From positions 2,294,001 through 2,358,000 of the forward strand of contig JAYWIR010000020.1 in NCBI GenBank assembly GCA_036172245.1: a stretch of 64,000 nucleotides of DNA. Reading direction: 5' to 3'. Position numbers and translations under genes: made by a program. The notes under the pieces were generated by a model. It was not told where the DNA came from. It saw only the letters and a program-made list of their open reading frames with translations, and did not search any database. Position 1 is the stretch's first letter; every line of letters begins with the position of its first letter. This DNA is from Raillietiella orientalis (lineage: Eukaryota). Shown here piece after piece: positions 39,975 through 53,000 of the stretch.

Positions 39975-40822
39975 TTTTTTTTTTTTTTTCGGGTTTTCTT
40001 TTTGTTGACTGACCAAGCGCTGAAGAACAATTCGCCTTCTTAAGGAAAGCTCACAAAACTCTTTAATGCTGTCCACACCGCCCGAGGGTGCGTGTCACTC
40101 TTCAATTTAGGGGTCAACCGAGGGGTGACCACCCTATGAATCCAGGAAGGCTTCGCAGGAAGAAGTCGGTTCCTCTTGCGCTTGGTAGGAAGTTCCGAAG
40201 GGAGCTTTCGCTTTGATTGTCCCCGTAGAGAACCCTGGCTCTGGTTGTCCCCCGATGGGAACCCTGGCTCTGGTTGTTTTCGAAGGTATTCCCGCAGGGA
40301 ACCTCTTCCTCATTCTCTCCGGAGTGACCTCCCGGAAAAGACTTGCTCCTTGTTTCCCTCCTCCGAAGAGAACCCCGAAGGGATGCTTTCCGATTTCTCT
40401 GAGGGACCGTTCCCCGAAGGGAGCAGCGCGCTTCTTTACACTCTGGAGAAGCAGCCGCTCGAGAGGGGTATCAGCCAGCTCCATGGTACGCGATGGAGGG
40501 TCCTCGTGAGGAAGGATAGGGGTCTGTTTCTACAGACGGAGGGTGATCCCGAAGAGAATCTGCTTCTCGATTCCTGGAAGGGCCCGGAGGGTCAACGTCA
40601 ACTTCCAATCCCAATCCGTCAGCAAAAGCGTCCGGTTTTCTCCGCCGCCGCATCCGAAGACTACAGGACGACCAGCGTTACCTCTGGGGAAGAGGGGAAG
40701 AGGGAGGAATCCAGACTCGTGAAGCACCCACGCACTTCTCTCTGTCGATCCTCCCTCCAGGATTCGAACCCGCAACTCTCGGTACGAAGCACGGAGAGAC
40801 CAGAGCCACGCGGCCGCCAACG
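39975..40822 (-). mobile_element. tRNA-headed SINE family copy 2
   Basis: B-box GGTTCGAATCC (reverse complement at 40760-40770), internal GAAGGGAACC..CTCTGGTTGTCCC sub-repeats, shared 3' end, and a poly(T) on the plus strand at 39975-39989. Confidence 0.75.
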
Positions 40823-41605
40823 CGAGCCGTGTGGAACGATTCTCCCTGTTCTCCCGCCGGAACGCAAAGCTTCTCGGCTCCGCTTCCCCCCCCTCTTCTC
40901 CCCGCCATCTTTATCGGAAAAGCTGCATTTCTATTTCGTGTTTCCAGGAATTCTCGAATTCCGTCTCTGAGAGGGGGTTTCTTGCTCCGACGCGGGAGAG
41001 GGTCACATCAGAATTCTTCTGCCTTGTTGCTCTGCCTTGCAGTCGGCGAAGATCCGGGAGATCCCCTGACGTGAGGTTCTTCGCCTCCTCCCACACCGCG
41101 CCATCTCGTTTCTTCAAAACGCAGCATGCGGATGAGCCATGGAAAAGAGCACAGACTTCTTCAGTGGCTTCCTTCCTTTGGTAGCAGGAACGCTTCCTTT
41201 TTATGAGCGGTGGGGATACTCTACACAGCTCGCCTCGCCTGTTCATAAGATCACCGATCCATCACCAGTATCTTCGTTCCGAGCAGCAGAGCTTCTCTAT
41301 GGAAAGCCTGCATTTCTTTCTTCGTTTTTTGTTTCCTAGGACTGTTGCCACGGGAAGCTTCCTTCAGATGGGATCACCGTTTTGTTTGTTAAAGAACAGT
41401 AGTCATGACTAGCCATGACCTGTAGTAGTCTCTGGTAGCCCACTGAACTGAAAGCTCACAACAGCTCTGTGCCGTATCATCAGTTCCCATGGTTCCATCA
41501 CTCAGGATGCTGTTCCTCGAGTTAAAGGCGGAAGCAACCGAAAAACAAAAGTCTGTTCCTTTGCATTCCTTCGTAGGCCTTTTCTGCTACGCTTTCTAAA
41601 GCGAG

Positions 41606-41857
41606 CAGATGGCATGGGGTTTGTGCTGTCATCGAACTTTCGTCTCCATCATCGTCTGAGAATACTTTTCTTGACCAAGCATCTCTTACAGATGGCATGG
41701 GGTTTGTGCTGTCATCGAACTTTCGTCTCCATCATCGTCTGAGAATACTTTTCTTGACCAAGCATCTCTTACAGATGGCATGGGGTTTGTGCTGTCATCG
41801 AACTTTCGTCTCCATCATCGTCTGAGAATACTTTTCTTGACCAAGCATCTCTTACAG
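41606..41857. repeat. Perfect tandem triplication, 83-bp unit x3
   Basis: Identical units start at 41606, 41689 and 41772 and the array ends with a repeated CAG. Confidence 0.97.
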
Positions 41858-42129
41858 CTCAGTGTTCACTCACGATTCCGCCCTTTTCATCTTTGGGTGC
41901 TATCTAACCTCTTGCCATACAAAGGAAAATTCCTTAAGAGACTTGCGAGGAACTTCGCTCTTCTGCAAGTACCACATCTTCGTGACTCGATTCAGTCAAC
42001 GATTAGTCATGGTAGCTACGAGTCCGTGTTCAGCTCAGGGGGGGAGGTTGGTTGCTCGTGCGAGTAGGAAACTGCGAAGCGAGTTGCAATCATTCATTTG
42101 GGGGAAGTACTGATCATAGGTACCGGCCA

Positions 42130-42750
42130 CTCTGGACTAAAGGGGCGGCTCTCTGAAAAAAGGTGAGGGTAAAGTGAGAGAGAAGAAAGATAAGGAAGAT
42201 AATGCGGAGTGGGAGAGAGTTTTTGTCAAGAGGACAGTGATGTATATCCTTAAGGAGCTGCCGTTGATGAAATTAGTAGGTAACGTGGAAGAATCTTTGC
42301 TTCCAACTTTGAGGATGCGATTCCTTCGATTGGAAAGAGCCACAGTGATGAAAGGAAAACCCTGGTGGAGAGAAAGGAAATAGCATGCTTTCCGTCGAGC
42401 AGAAGGTGGTTGCAAGAGGAAAAGACAAGAGGAAAGTTTTCCAGCGGTTATTTGCATCAATCCGACTTTGAAACCAGCTTGATTTCTTGAATTATTCTGT
42501 TCTCTTTTTGAAAACAATAGAAAATGGATGGTACAGGAAAGTTTATGCAGAGATTCGTTCTTGCGAGAACAACAGATGCAAATCATCTCGGACATTGAAA
42601 GCAACGGAGATCAAGAAGCTGAAATATCTCTTGCTCCTTCCTCACCGATCACGTTCATCTGACTAATGAAGGAAGATACATCGCGGAAAATTAAATCGAC
42701 TGACACCAAGAAGAAAACATTCGCTGTCTTGGTTCCCCCCAGCTTCACGA
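42130..42750 (-). pseudogene. LINE RT N-terminal remnant
   Basis: DISAS*SPLLSM (like D..NYRPISLLS), NQAGFKVG (like Q.GFR.G) and CYFLSL (like FLD) occur in order. Confidence 0.4.
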
Positions 42751-43399
42751 GAAAATCATTTTGACCTACGGAATCCAGGCGAAATTACTCAGAGATGTGG
42801 TCACAGGATGAGGTACCTGGAAGCCGCCAAGGTCTGTTTGAGTCCCTGTTTGAGCTGTACTGTTTTGGGGATCTTTGAAGCGGAAATTTCCAACAGGCTG
42901 AGTCTCGAGGCCACAGCAGCAACGAAAACAACAACTGACCACTCAACTAAACAAAATAGGAATCTGTGGTCAAGAACCTTTTTTTTTTTTTCTACGAGAG
43001 GAAGCTGTGCACTCATGAGTGAATAATAAGAAACGCATCAAGCGTGTTTGAAATGTTTGAGAATCACCTTATTTTCCCTGAAGCGTCGAGCATTTCGAAA
43101 GCTCAAGGCGAACGGTGCCAAAGTGTGCAGGGAGGTAAACAAAACTGGTTTTAAATGTCTCAGCACCATTCTAAGCGGAAGTCGCTGAGGGATGCCCAGT
43201 GATTTGCTCTCACAGGCAAAACATCCGGTCATACCGTTTGCACGTGTCGCCTTTGACTCCCACGATGACCATTTGCTTTCCATACTGCACCGACTGGAAA
43301 ACGGACCTGCGGTCTGGTGCCACCGGGGGAGGCAGGCTATCTGTTCCAGTTGCGGTGGGCCTGCTCGTTGTTTCTCGGGCAGAACGAGAGGGCTTGTGT

Positions 43400-44020
43400 T
43401 GTGTCACCGCGCGAGTACCAAAGCGAGGATTTTTTCTGATGGATTCCGTGACATTTTTAAGGAAAAGGAAACCACATGCACTTGATGAACATCGAAAGGG
43501 AAAACATGAAGGCAATTTCATGCACGAGCATCCGATTTTTCGAGGTGTGGGAGGTGAGTTGCACAACTGGTACACAGTGTGGTACTCCTGTCACGATTTC
43601 GCAGCGTGGGTGCACTTGTCCTCATGAAAGAATTGCCCCTCGGGCTTGTAGTTTGCTTTGGAATGCACCGATTGTTCCAATTAGCCCGAACGGTACGCGC
43701 AAACAGTTCTTGTCGGAAGGGTTCCTCAGCGGAATCCTTTTTAAAGCGATTCTTGGTTCTGTTTGGAGCCATTCTTCACTGTCCGTCACGACAGAGATGG
43801 ATCGTACGGCTTTGACGGCCACGCGGCAGATTTTTTTGCAGAACTTGGATGGTTCCTGCTCATGGAAACTTGCACGCAGTTTCCATTCGATTACCCGAAT
43901 CAATTGCTCCATAGGAATTCTACGCCCGCTTTCTTTGACGAAAGCTGTGTAAGAAATCTTCATTCGGGATTCGAATTCTTCGTAATCCTTTCCATCCGGA
44001 CCGACGGAACAGCAGACCAC
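43400..44020 (-). pseudogene. Possible Ty3/Gypsy RT remnant
   Basis: LRVPFGLIGTIGAFQ (like RMPFGL..AP..FQ), HLPHLEK (like HL.HL..V) and KCMW (like KC.F). No YxDD recognisable. Confidence 0.3.
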
Positions 44021-47000
44021 AACGGGTAGAAAGGACGTTAATTGAATGTGCCAACGCAGGGCGTAAGATTGCAGATTTCAACACTTTTCTAAAAGTTTCA
44101 AGATGTTCCGAGATGACCAACCAAAAAGCAAGTGGCTAGAGATGAAAAAGACAGGTCCACGGATGAAAGCAAGATGGCTGCAAACTTCATCTATTCATCA
44201 ACGGATGCTTGCCAAATTGGAAGAGAAAAAAAAAAATCTCATTTTTAAAGAGCGCACAGTGAAGTAGGAATGGGAAGAATTCTCATTTTTGCTTTTGTTT
44301 CTGTCTTTAGAAGAAGTGGATTGCTCGCATGAACTTGATACGGGTGTGGTACCGGAGTCTGCGAGACCAGACGCGCTGCACCACCACTGCTGATGAGAGC
44401 TTTCCTGCACGCTCCAGTGTTTGCACCGTGACGCCACTCCGGAAATCGATATCCAATCGATTCATCCTTGTTTGCTGCATACCGAATTCTTTCGCTTCAT
44501 GACACTGATCAGAGCTGCCACTAAGTGTTGCTGTGCACACTCTGATCCGAACAGGAAGCGTCCCAAATATGAGTGACGTCCATCGCGCAGGATGAGCGGG
44601 CACGACAGCGGATGAAGCAAACGTGGAAAGCGATGAGCGGTAGTTTGACTAACGCCCAGCGGCGATGCAATCTGTGGTTTATAGAATTCATGGACCGTCT
44701 CTCGTAAAAATCTACTGAGGCCCACTGGAATTTCGAAAGAGATGATAGCTATTTTATCCGGTCCATTTGCCATTTTTCATCACTCTCATTCCATCCAAAC
44801 AAACCCTCCTTCTTATGAAAATTAAATTAATGAAGATCTCTGTGACGATCCCCTGATGGAATAACAAACAGATATATCCAATTATGGATAATCTAAGGGC
44901 CATCATTTCCAGCATGCTCCACATGCATTCTGTAGGTCACGGATGCTAATTTTCTTGCATCTCGTTTCTTACCACTTCATCTTGCATTGCGTTGGAGATT
45001 TTCATCCTCAACCTTAGAGAATAGTCAGAAATCAAAGGTTCCCTAGCTGCGGTACCAGCAGGAAGATGAATCTGCAATCCCGGGAAAACCGCATGCAATG
45101 AGTTCACCATGCCGCCGTGACTTTCCACGTGAATCTGCTACCAGGGGATTCACTTCTGCGTGCCGTCCTCCGCGTCAGAGCCGACCTAAAATGAAGCAGT
45201 CAATAGGATGTGTTCCTGTTTTGCACTCTGCGGTGTTGCGAGGAGCATTCGTTCGTTCGTTGCTTCCCTAAGCAACGGCTGCTTTCCTTTCACTGACTTT
45301 TCACCCGGATGACATCGCACGTGGAGCTTCCAGAGACTGCTCGTTGGACTATCTGTTGCATGCTGACCTTTGAGAGTTGAATTTACAGAATGATGCAAAA
45401 AGGAACAGTTATGGCCAACAGAGCTTACGCAGCAGGAGGTCCACCGAATTACTGCAAACGCCTCAGAGCTCAGCATCCATTCCTAAGAACACGCGCAGGA
45501 TACGGTGAAGGTGCACCCGTCCACTCTCTCAGGGGACGTGCATTAGAAAGTTCCCATAAGCCGTAGAGGGGAAAAGGGGATTCGAATTTATTGCACCATA
45601 TATGCTACCTGCATTAGGAAAGCTGCACGGTCATCTTCATGACTTGCCGCTTGAGGATTTTGTCCCAGGACTGAGATTGCTCGATTTGGATGCACCTCGT
45701 AACCATCAAATAAAGCATATAACTGGTTTCTGATCCCCTTACCACGTGGTGAGGGGATCAATTCTTTAAAAAACTTGCCGAGTATTTCGAGAGAGAGAGA
45801 GAGTCTATAGAGACTTTGGACAAAGCAGTTCCCTTATTCACTTGCTTTTTTTCCCTAGGATTTTAAGATTTTTCCTCAAGATGGTGAATGGTTCTTTTCC
45901 TTCGAGGAAACCAGGAAAGTTCTCAAGGAGGACTGCGCTTGTCATTTCTTAATATGAACTTGTTCACCCCTACCGTGTTTCTTTTCCGAATCGATAAACT
46001 TCGAGATGTCAGTCGGCATGGCTTCCAAGGAAAGCTCAAAAGCTGCCCCAGGATGCTTTGTAGTGCTTTCTCGTTTCAGGTTCCTTACTGAAGTCATCAT
46101 CTTTGAAGGCCCTTTTCTGAAAATCAGAGCACAGTTCATTTTTCTGCATGCTCTTCACTTCCTCATTGCTGGAGACCATTGCCTCTCGTTAATTTGGAAA
46201 CCCTTTGCTGATTTTGTCTTTCTTTGAACGAAAGTATTACCACCACAAGGGTTCGTTTGTGTCTTCAACGTGCGCAGTCTCAAAAATCCCACTTTTGCAG
46301 CTCAAGCGTGAAATTTCCGAGAAATCATACCAGCAGAATTTCTTACTAAAGCTCCTAATCACGACTGATAGTGATCATCACCATCAGTTTGCTGTAAGCG
46401 CACAAGATGCGATTTCTAATGTTCTCTCATTCATCTCATTATTCTTATTATCCAACTCACTCTCATGCTCGTACCACGATGATTGGTTTCGGCGAAAGTC
46501 TCCAGAAAAAGGCGCCAAATTTTGTTACTTTTGGACTGCAAACACTCTTCGTTTGTGCGACGGTGAGTACACATATTTTGTGTGCACAGTGCTGAGCACG
46601 TTTAAAAGCATTCAGAGAAAGAAAACTCCCGAGTGGCAGTACGTTATGAAATGCAAACACGAATGTGTGCGAGTAATACCAAACAGTTGACGGACTGTCG
46701 TTCGTGTAGACTGGGGTCGGATATTAAGGAAAGTGAGCACCTGCACAGAGGCCAGGGTCAATTGAAGGGGGGACGACCCACGGACCATCGATCGGCAACC
46801 CTCAGCTGCGTTGTTGGAGGGTGGGGCGAGATTCGACAATCACTCCATGGGCGCCTCCATCACAGTGCTCGCCCCTCCCCCATCCCCCTTGTCTTCAGAA
46901 ATTGCCCAGAGATGGTCGAAGTGCCACACGGAAGAGGTCAGTGACCTCGAAGGGAGGGGGGGGGGAGTAGGAACTCCAAGCAGTCATGGAATCTTCGCAT

Positions 47001-47892
47001 CGACCTCCTTGATTCAAGGTCGAACTCCGTGTCATGCGGCAGCAGGCCAGTGTAGCCGGTGGATCTGCCTCCCCAGCCCGGAGAGGGGAGACCACGGTTT
47101 CCGGGCGGGATGAAAGGACGGAAGGGACGCTTGCAGATCTCCCAAAGATGGACGTGAGCGTTCACGGAAACGAGCTGGCTCTCCCGTGGCTTGGCCGGCA
47201 AGTTTTCGGGACGGCGCCGCCCAGCCTAGAGCTGGGCGACTCCAGACGATGCGCCTCTCTCCATCCAGGATGCGCTTTTTCTCTTTCCCGGAGACGCTTA
47301 TCCCCAGGGGCAGAAGTATGATCAAGTCCATTGCGCCGAGGCCCATAGTGCGACGCCCTACGGTTCACGAGGAAGCTCGCTCGAGTCCGCTCCTGAGGCG
47401 GCGGTCACGAGCATTTCGCTTGGGCGCAGGAAGGAGGGGAGGAGGTGGGGTGGTAGAAGGCACGTGTGAAGAGTGTCCAGAGAAACTGCTGAGCGAAGGA
47501 GGAGGGGGCGGGAGCGGGTCACAGTGGCTGTCGCGATGAGGAGACGAAACTCCTTTGGGCACGCGTGTTTCCCGTGAAAGCGAACTCTGGAGCCTCCGTT
47601 CCGCAGCTTCCGCATCTGCCTCCGCCTCCTTCCAGCCTGGAGGTTTTTTCTCTCCCCCCCCCCTCCGACTCGCAGCCTGTCGCTTGTGGACGAAGAGAAT
47701 GGAGGAGGCCCGTTCTTTGGAGCTAACGCCAAAAATCAAAACCCAATGCGGGAGGGGGCAACGGGGTCGCTTGGCGGTGACCACCATCGACAAGCGAAGA
47801 AGAGGAAAGGGACGACGCAGGGCGCACTCAGACCGCCGCCAGCTGTCTGGCCCAGGGGAAGTTGTTCCCCCCTCCCCCCCTTTCACTCTTTT

Positions 47893-49939
47893 ATAGCCTC
47901 AAGGATCACTTTATGAACGGGTTACAAAGTCTTCCCACGAGAGTAGTCGCTCCCAAAGTCTACTCGACGCCCTACTAGGGAGAGAACACTCCACTGGGTG
48001 GACAAAGCGCACCTGACGGTTTCTAATCCTCAGGGCGAAGCGGAAGGTGTCTGCATCTTCGCGCGTCTGTCCACTGTCGTCCGAAAAGTGCTTCGTGAAG
48101 GTCTGCTTGAAGAAGGCACCCTCAGTCGCCTCCGAGCCTGACTGCAAAGAGCTCGTGCAAGTCTTGCAAGCTCCAGATGTCCAGGCGCTGCTCCAGGACG
48201 CTGGTCGCGAACCCGTTCAGCCCGGGGGCTGTCCGTCTCCACGTGGATGTGGTCCGCCTACGCTTCGAGGACAGATCTCGCGAAGTCAGGGAGGGGGTAA
48301 GCTGCCTCCTCTGACGGGCCTGATGAGCCCCCAGCAGCCAGCCACGAAAGCGCGGGTCGAGGTTGAGGTGCGCTTTGCCAGCCAGGAGGTGCCCTACGGG
48401 GCGGAGAGTGCCATCCAAACTCTGGAAGGGCCCCCGCTCCCCTCTCTGTTCCCGCTACGGGGGCGGAAGCGCCCCAGGATGAGGCGTAAACGCAGGTCGC
48501 ACTTCGTCGGCAACGGTCCGCTCGCATCTCGAGGGAGATGGGGATTCTCATCCAGGGGGGGAGGGTATCCTTACGCGCGCCCTCACCATGGCGAAGAGGG
48601 GAAGTTTTTCTTTCTCACCTAATCACGCGAGGGCGTTTATTACATGGACCAGTCGGGGACGCGCTGCTTTCCGACCGAAGACGAAAGAAGTTCGGGGGGG
48701 AGGGGGGGAGGACGCCCACCGACACGTAGGTAGGGGGAGGGGAGGAGGGACAACAACACCATCAACAAAAATCCAGAGGGTTGAGGCAGGGATTTGCTCC
48801 GTAGGCACCGTGCCGGAAACAAGAAAAGCCGGGGAAGGTACGGAGCGAAAGGGAGTGGGCTATGAGAGAGAGCAAGAGAAAAAAAAAAAGCAAAATAAAA
48901 GGACACTTGGGTCAAGGGTCACCGGTGTCCGCTATTTCTAGCTTTCAAAACCGGCGCTGGATGGCGGCCACCTTCTCCTTGCCTTCCTCTTACAGGTGAC
49001 GCCGATCTCCCTCCGCCTCGTGGGTCCACTCTCCCTGCCGACCCGCTCCTGGCACAGTCTTCGGGGATGGCAACCTCTGCAGGGAACGAAGGTGCCGGCG
49101 CTCGTCGCACTGCGACCTCCAGAGCGGAAGGAGCAGTACAGCCTGCTTCCGGGCCAGCGGGAACGCAAAAGCGTCCGGGCAGTGACCACAAGTCCTTTGG
49201 GGAAGGGGGTAGCAAAAATAGATTTTGCGGGAGGATTCCCGTCGCCACGGTACGCGGAGCGGCAGCATCCGCCAGCACGCTCGTCTTCCGACCTCCAGGG
49301 AGTTTTCATTTTTTTTCGGTTTTTTTCTTTGCGAGGGTGCTGGGAAACTCCTACCTCGCCGGTCGACAGCTGTCGTCGCTTGCCCTGAGGGCAGACAGCG
49401 CTGCCACAAGGGGTGTGGCAGGCCAGGGTCGACTACTCTGCCATATCCTGCATCACCGCTTCCAGAGGGGGAGAGGAACGAAACGCACCAGCTCGAAGGA
49501 AGGAGGGGAAGGGAAGGACGACCTCATAATGGAGACTGCGGAACTGGAAGTCGCCCGACACGACGCCCGCGCTTCGCAGAGCGGAAGGCGAGGCATTGGA
49601 GCCACAGAACCTGTCTGCGGCTTCGCCTTCATCCGGCGGAAGACGAAAGGAAGAAGCCAGTTGTGCCGAATAGCCTCCTCCGGTGGTAAACGGAATGCTC
49701 AACCGTAGCCTCGGGCGGGGGGAAGGAAAGAGAGCATTTCCAAGGCACTGCATCAGGACTGACCCCTGTTCTTCCTGCTCCGGTTGCTTAGCCGCCTGCT
49801 TCTAAAATTCCGAGAGTTTCCACCTTACGAGGGCGCAGCTTCCGTGGGAGGCCTTTAACTTCCCTTCTATCGCCTCAAGGATCACTTTATGAACGGATTA
49901 CAAAGTCTTCTCCCGAGAGTAGTCGCTCCCAGAGTCTAC
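47893..49939. repeat. Dispersed direct repeat of about 70 bp (47893-47963 and 49868-49939), probably shared 3' ends of minus-strand LINE copies
   Basis: GCCTCAAGGATCACTTTATGAACGGRTTACAAAGTCTTC...CGAGAGTAGTCGCTCCCARAGTCTAC is present at both sites. The LINE-end interpretation is inference. Confidence 0.75.
48920..49750 (-). pseudogene. L1-like endonuclease C-terminus/linker remnant
   Basis: ADRFCGSN...SLHYEVVL resembles LDRF..S...SDH..V.L. Confidence 0.35.
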
Positions 49940-52599
49940 GCTTCCCTTCCTGCTCCCACATCGGAGAGTCCGTACTGGGAATCCGTTGATCCAGCGCTCT
50001 CAGGAGGTGGAGGTCACACCCTCCGCGAGCTTTGCTCGCTCATTTTCACCATAGAAGAGCAAGATGAACGCGCAATGCTTTCGTCCACATGCGAGCCTCC
50101 AGCTGGACAGAAGGACAATTGCTCCCCATCCCCCTTTTAGGTCGTCCCCCACGGGGACGTGCAGATCCTCACACGGATACGAAGCCCGCGGTCAAAACGT
50201 GCATTCTGTGTACCGCTGCGGCTCCACATAAGGCAGGGAGATCAGCCTTGCTCTTCAGCATCTACTTCGTGTTGGTGCTGAGAGCTTGCTGGGAGACTCT
50301 GGCAACCCTACCGGACGCGTGCCCTGGTGCACCTGCTGTGGCGACTTTCCGCCGCTGTCCCCCATGTCTGCTCCGGAGTCAGCACTCGAGACTTTCTTCG
50401 CTTTGTGAGTCTTCACCCGGTCACACCGGGGCGTTTGTTGCAACAAAAAAAAAAAAAAACAGCCATGTAAAATATATATATAAAAAATGTCTTCCTTCGC
50501 AGTGGTTTCACACGACCACTACCGAGGGAGATGCCGCCTCGGAAGCTCTCTTTCTCGTGAGCAGCTGCTTCGATGAGGTCCACACAGGAAAGGTGGGAAG
50601 AGGGGTGAACAAAAAAGAAAAAAAAGACACAAAAGTTCAGTTTAAAAGAATGTGTTGGGGAGGGGAGGAAGGGGATCACGGATTTCTTCCTGGCGTCCTC
50701 AGCACCCTCTGGAGGATGTTGGCAACTTCCTCCTCCACTTTTGTTGGCAGCGTTGTGGCCATCTTGCCGCCTCCCTGACGAAGGAGCAGGCGGTTGCGAT
50801 GACGTCACCGTTCACCTCTTTCGGCGCGGCTGCTCGCCTCCACGATGCTACGCAGGCAGCACGGGACTGCGAGGGAGGAAGCTGCAGGCGAAGAGGTCGC
50901 GTCGCCCGCGAAGAGGCGTTGCATGACCTCCCTGCCGTTGTCCATCGTGAGTGGGGAGGATCGCAGCGAAGCGTTCCAGGACGCTCAGGAGAGCAACACG
51001 ATCCAACAGCAGATGCGGGAAAGTTTCCCGTTCCCCACACCCGGCACGGTGCGTGGCCGCACTCCCCTCGTCTACTGGTGGACCGGCCTGGGATCGCCCA
51101 GCGCAACAACTGCAGTGCGGCGTCCCGGAATTCAGGGGAAGCGTGGAGCTGTCCACAAACACTGGGGGTGTTTCTGCCTGGAGGAATGTCCAGAAGTTCC
51201 TCTCAGCGACGAATTCCTTTGGGGAGGGAGGCGGGGGTGCATGCGTCAGTCGGAAATGCTGTCCAGCATCCCAGCTGCTTCTTCTTTCCCGTGATCTCTC
51301 AGGATACTTCCCATCCTGCATCGTCATGTCCATTTTGTTGTATCGTGTTGAGCGCGGCTGCAAGTGGGGTATTCGGCGCACAGGTGGTCTCCTTTCGGCA
51401 GTCCATGACTTCCTGCAACGGTCAGCGAGCGCAGTTCGAGGATCGCAGGCATCGCGATGGCTCCAGGCTCGTGCCGTTTCTTTCCGCCCACGCCCGACCC
51501 GTTTTCTGTCTCCAGGTGGCACAGTTGGTGTGACGACAAGGAAACCCATCTGCCCTCCTGGGCCAAGGCGGTGGGCGGGCTTGACGGTGAACAAGGAGAA
51601 GTCGTCGGTGATTCCAGTTGCTGCGGCGTGCACTGGACGTCCAGACTGCACTCGCTTGGGAATCCCCAAGGGCAGGTACTCGAAGCACTTTGGCGTTCTG
51701 TCGGAGGGCTTCTGCGTCGCAAACACCTCATCCGTCCGTCTCCATAAGGCAGAGCAGGCGCTCGGCCCGTTCTGGCCTAGAGGGCAAGTTGTGCTTGCTG
51801 GAACGGGCCGCGCATAAAACACATTCGTGGTCCCCTATCTACGCCCCCATCTTTTTGTTCTCCCCGCCCCCAGAGAAGTGAAAAAGCGGACCGGGGGCCT
51901 CCTGCGGAAGGTCCCTTGGGGCACACGGAGGTCCCGAGCCCGCCTGAAGGAATTGTGCGCCTTGCATCGGGACGGTGGTCTCGGCTTCCTGATGCTGTAG
52001 TGCCCGGAGCGCCAGCTCCACTGGAGGACTTTTTGACCCTCGTGGAGCGGTCACTAGCACGAACTGGTGCGCGCCTGCACGCCTTCGGGTCAAGCAAGCC
52101 GCAATGTTCGAAGAACTTCCTTCCTTGCTTGCACGCCGCACTCGCGGCGTGGTCCACGGTGGACTGGAGCTCCAGAGGATGGTCGAGCTGACCAAGACCA
52201 ACAACTGGATCTCCTGCTGCCCCAAGGACTGTGGTGCTCGGCTGCAGGAAGCTGTTCGTGTGTGGGTGGAGACCAGCAAGCCGACCTCGCGATCACTTTC
52301 CACGATCACTGCGACGGTTGCTGGGTTTCTTCTGCAAGGGCTGTTCGTTCCAGGGGGTCGTTAAGTGTGCCCGGGGAGGAAGGAACCTCCATCGCCGCAT
52401 AGATGGGAAATCTCCTGTGGGATCACCTCTTAAGGTAGGAAACGTTAGGTGGCTGAGCCGCGGGACAGCTATCAGACGCTGCGACCAAGAGTGCCCCACC
52501 TTTGCGCTGCGATGAGCTGCCGGGAGTTCCCTGCGGGGAACATCTCCAGTGGTCCCCAGTGCTCCTGACGACAGTACTCTCCCTTCCAGTCGCCGGCAG

Positions 52600-53000
52600 G
52601 AGTCGGCGCTTCTGCTACTTTACTGGGCCCGCTGGCATCATTGGACAAGGGGGAGGGGGGTGGGTGAAGAGGAAGTGGACCTAAACTGCAACCCGATCGT
52701 GGACCGTGCTGCCCTCAAGCCCCTGAGGAAACGCCTTTCCACGACCCTGCAGACCCCCGACGGCACCCCCAGAGGCTTTCCGGAGAGCTTCTTCGCGCGC
52801 GCGATGCAATGCCACCAGTCGCGTCCCCAGGGACTGTTCGCTGCCTGCGCGGGGTATGCGGAGCGACGCTACAGGAGGCGAGGACGATAGGGACGCCATC
52901 CACCTTGCGGTACGCTCCCTGAGGATTGCAGCGGGATGGTCCCGTCTGGAAGATGCGCAGAAGGACATTTCAGGAGTCCTGGAAGGGTTGCAGGGGACGC
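52600..53000 (+). pseudogene. L1-like RT remnant
   Basis: GIIGQGGG..KRKW and RSDAT...RDAIH...LEDAQKD (like GRSI.DN...RDAI...LDQEKAFD). Confidence 0.4.

Noticed and set aside
41606..41857. CRISPR-like array
   Set aside because: The units are contiguous and identical with no spacers, there are no cas genes, and the context is eukaryotic.
50652..51822. Overlapping 288-324 aa ORFs as genes
   Set aside because: Open in several frames on both strands because of high GC. Arg/Pro/Ser-rich with no recognisable domain, and they lie in TE debris.
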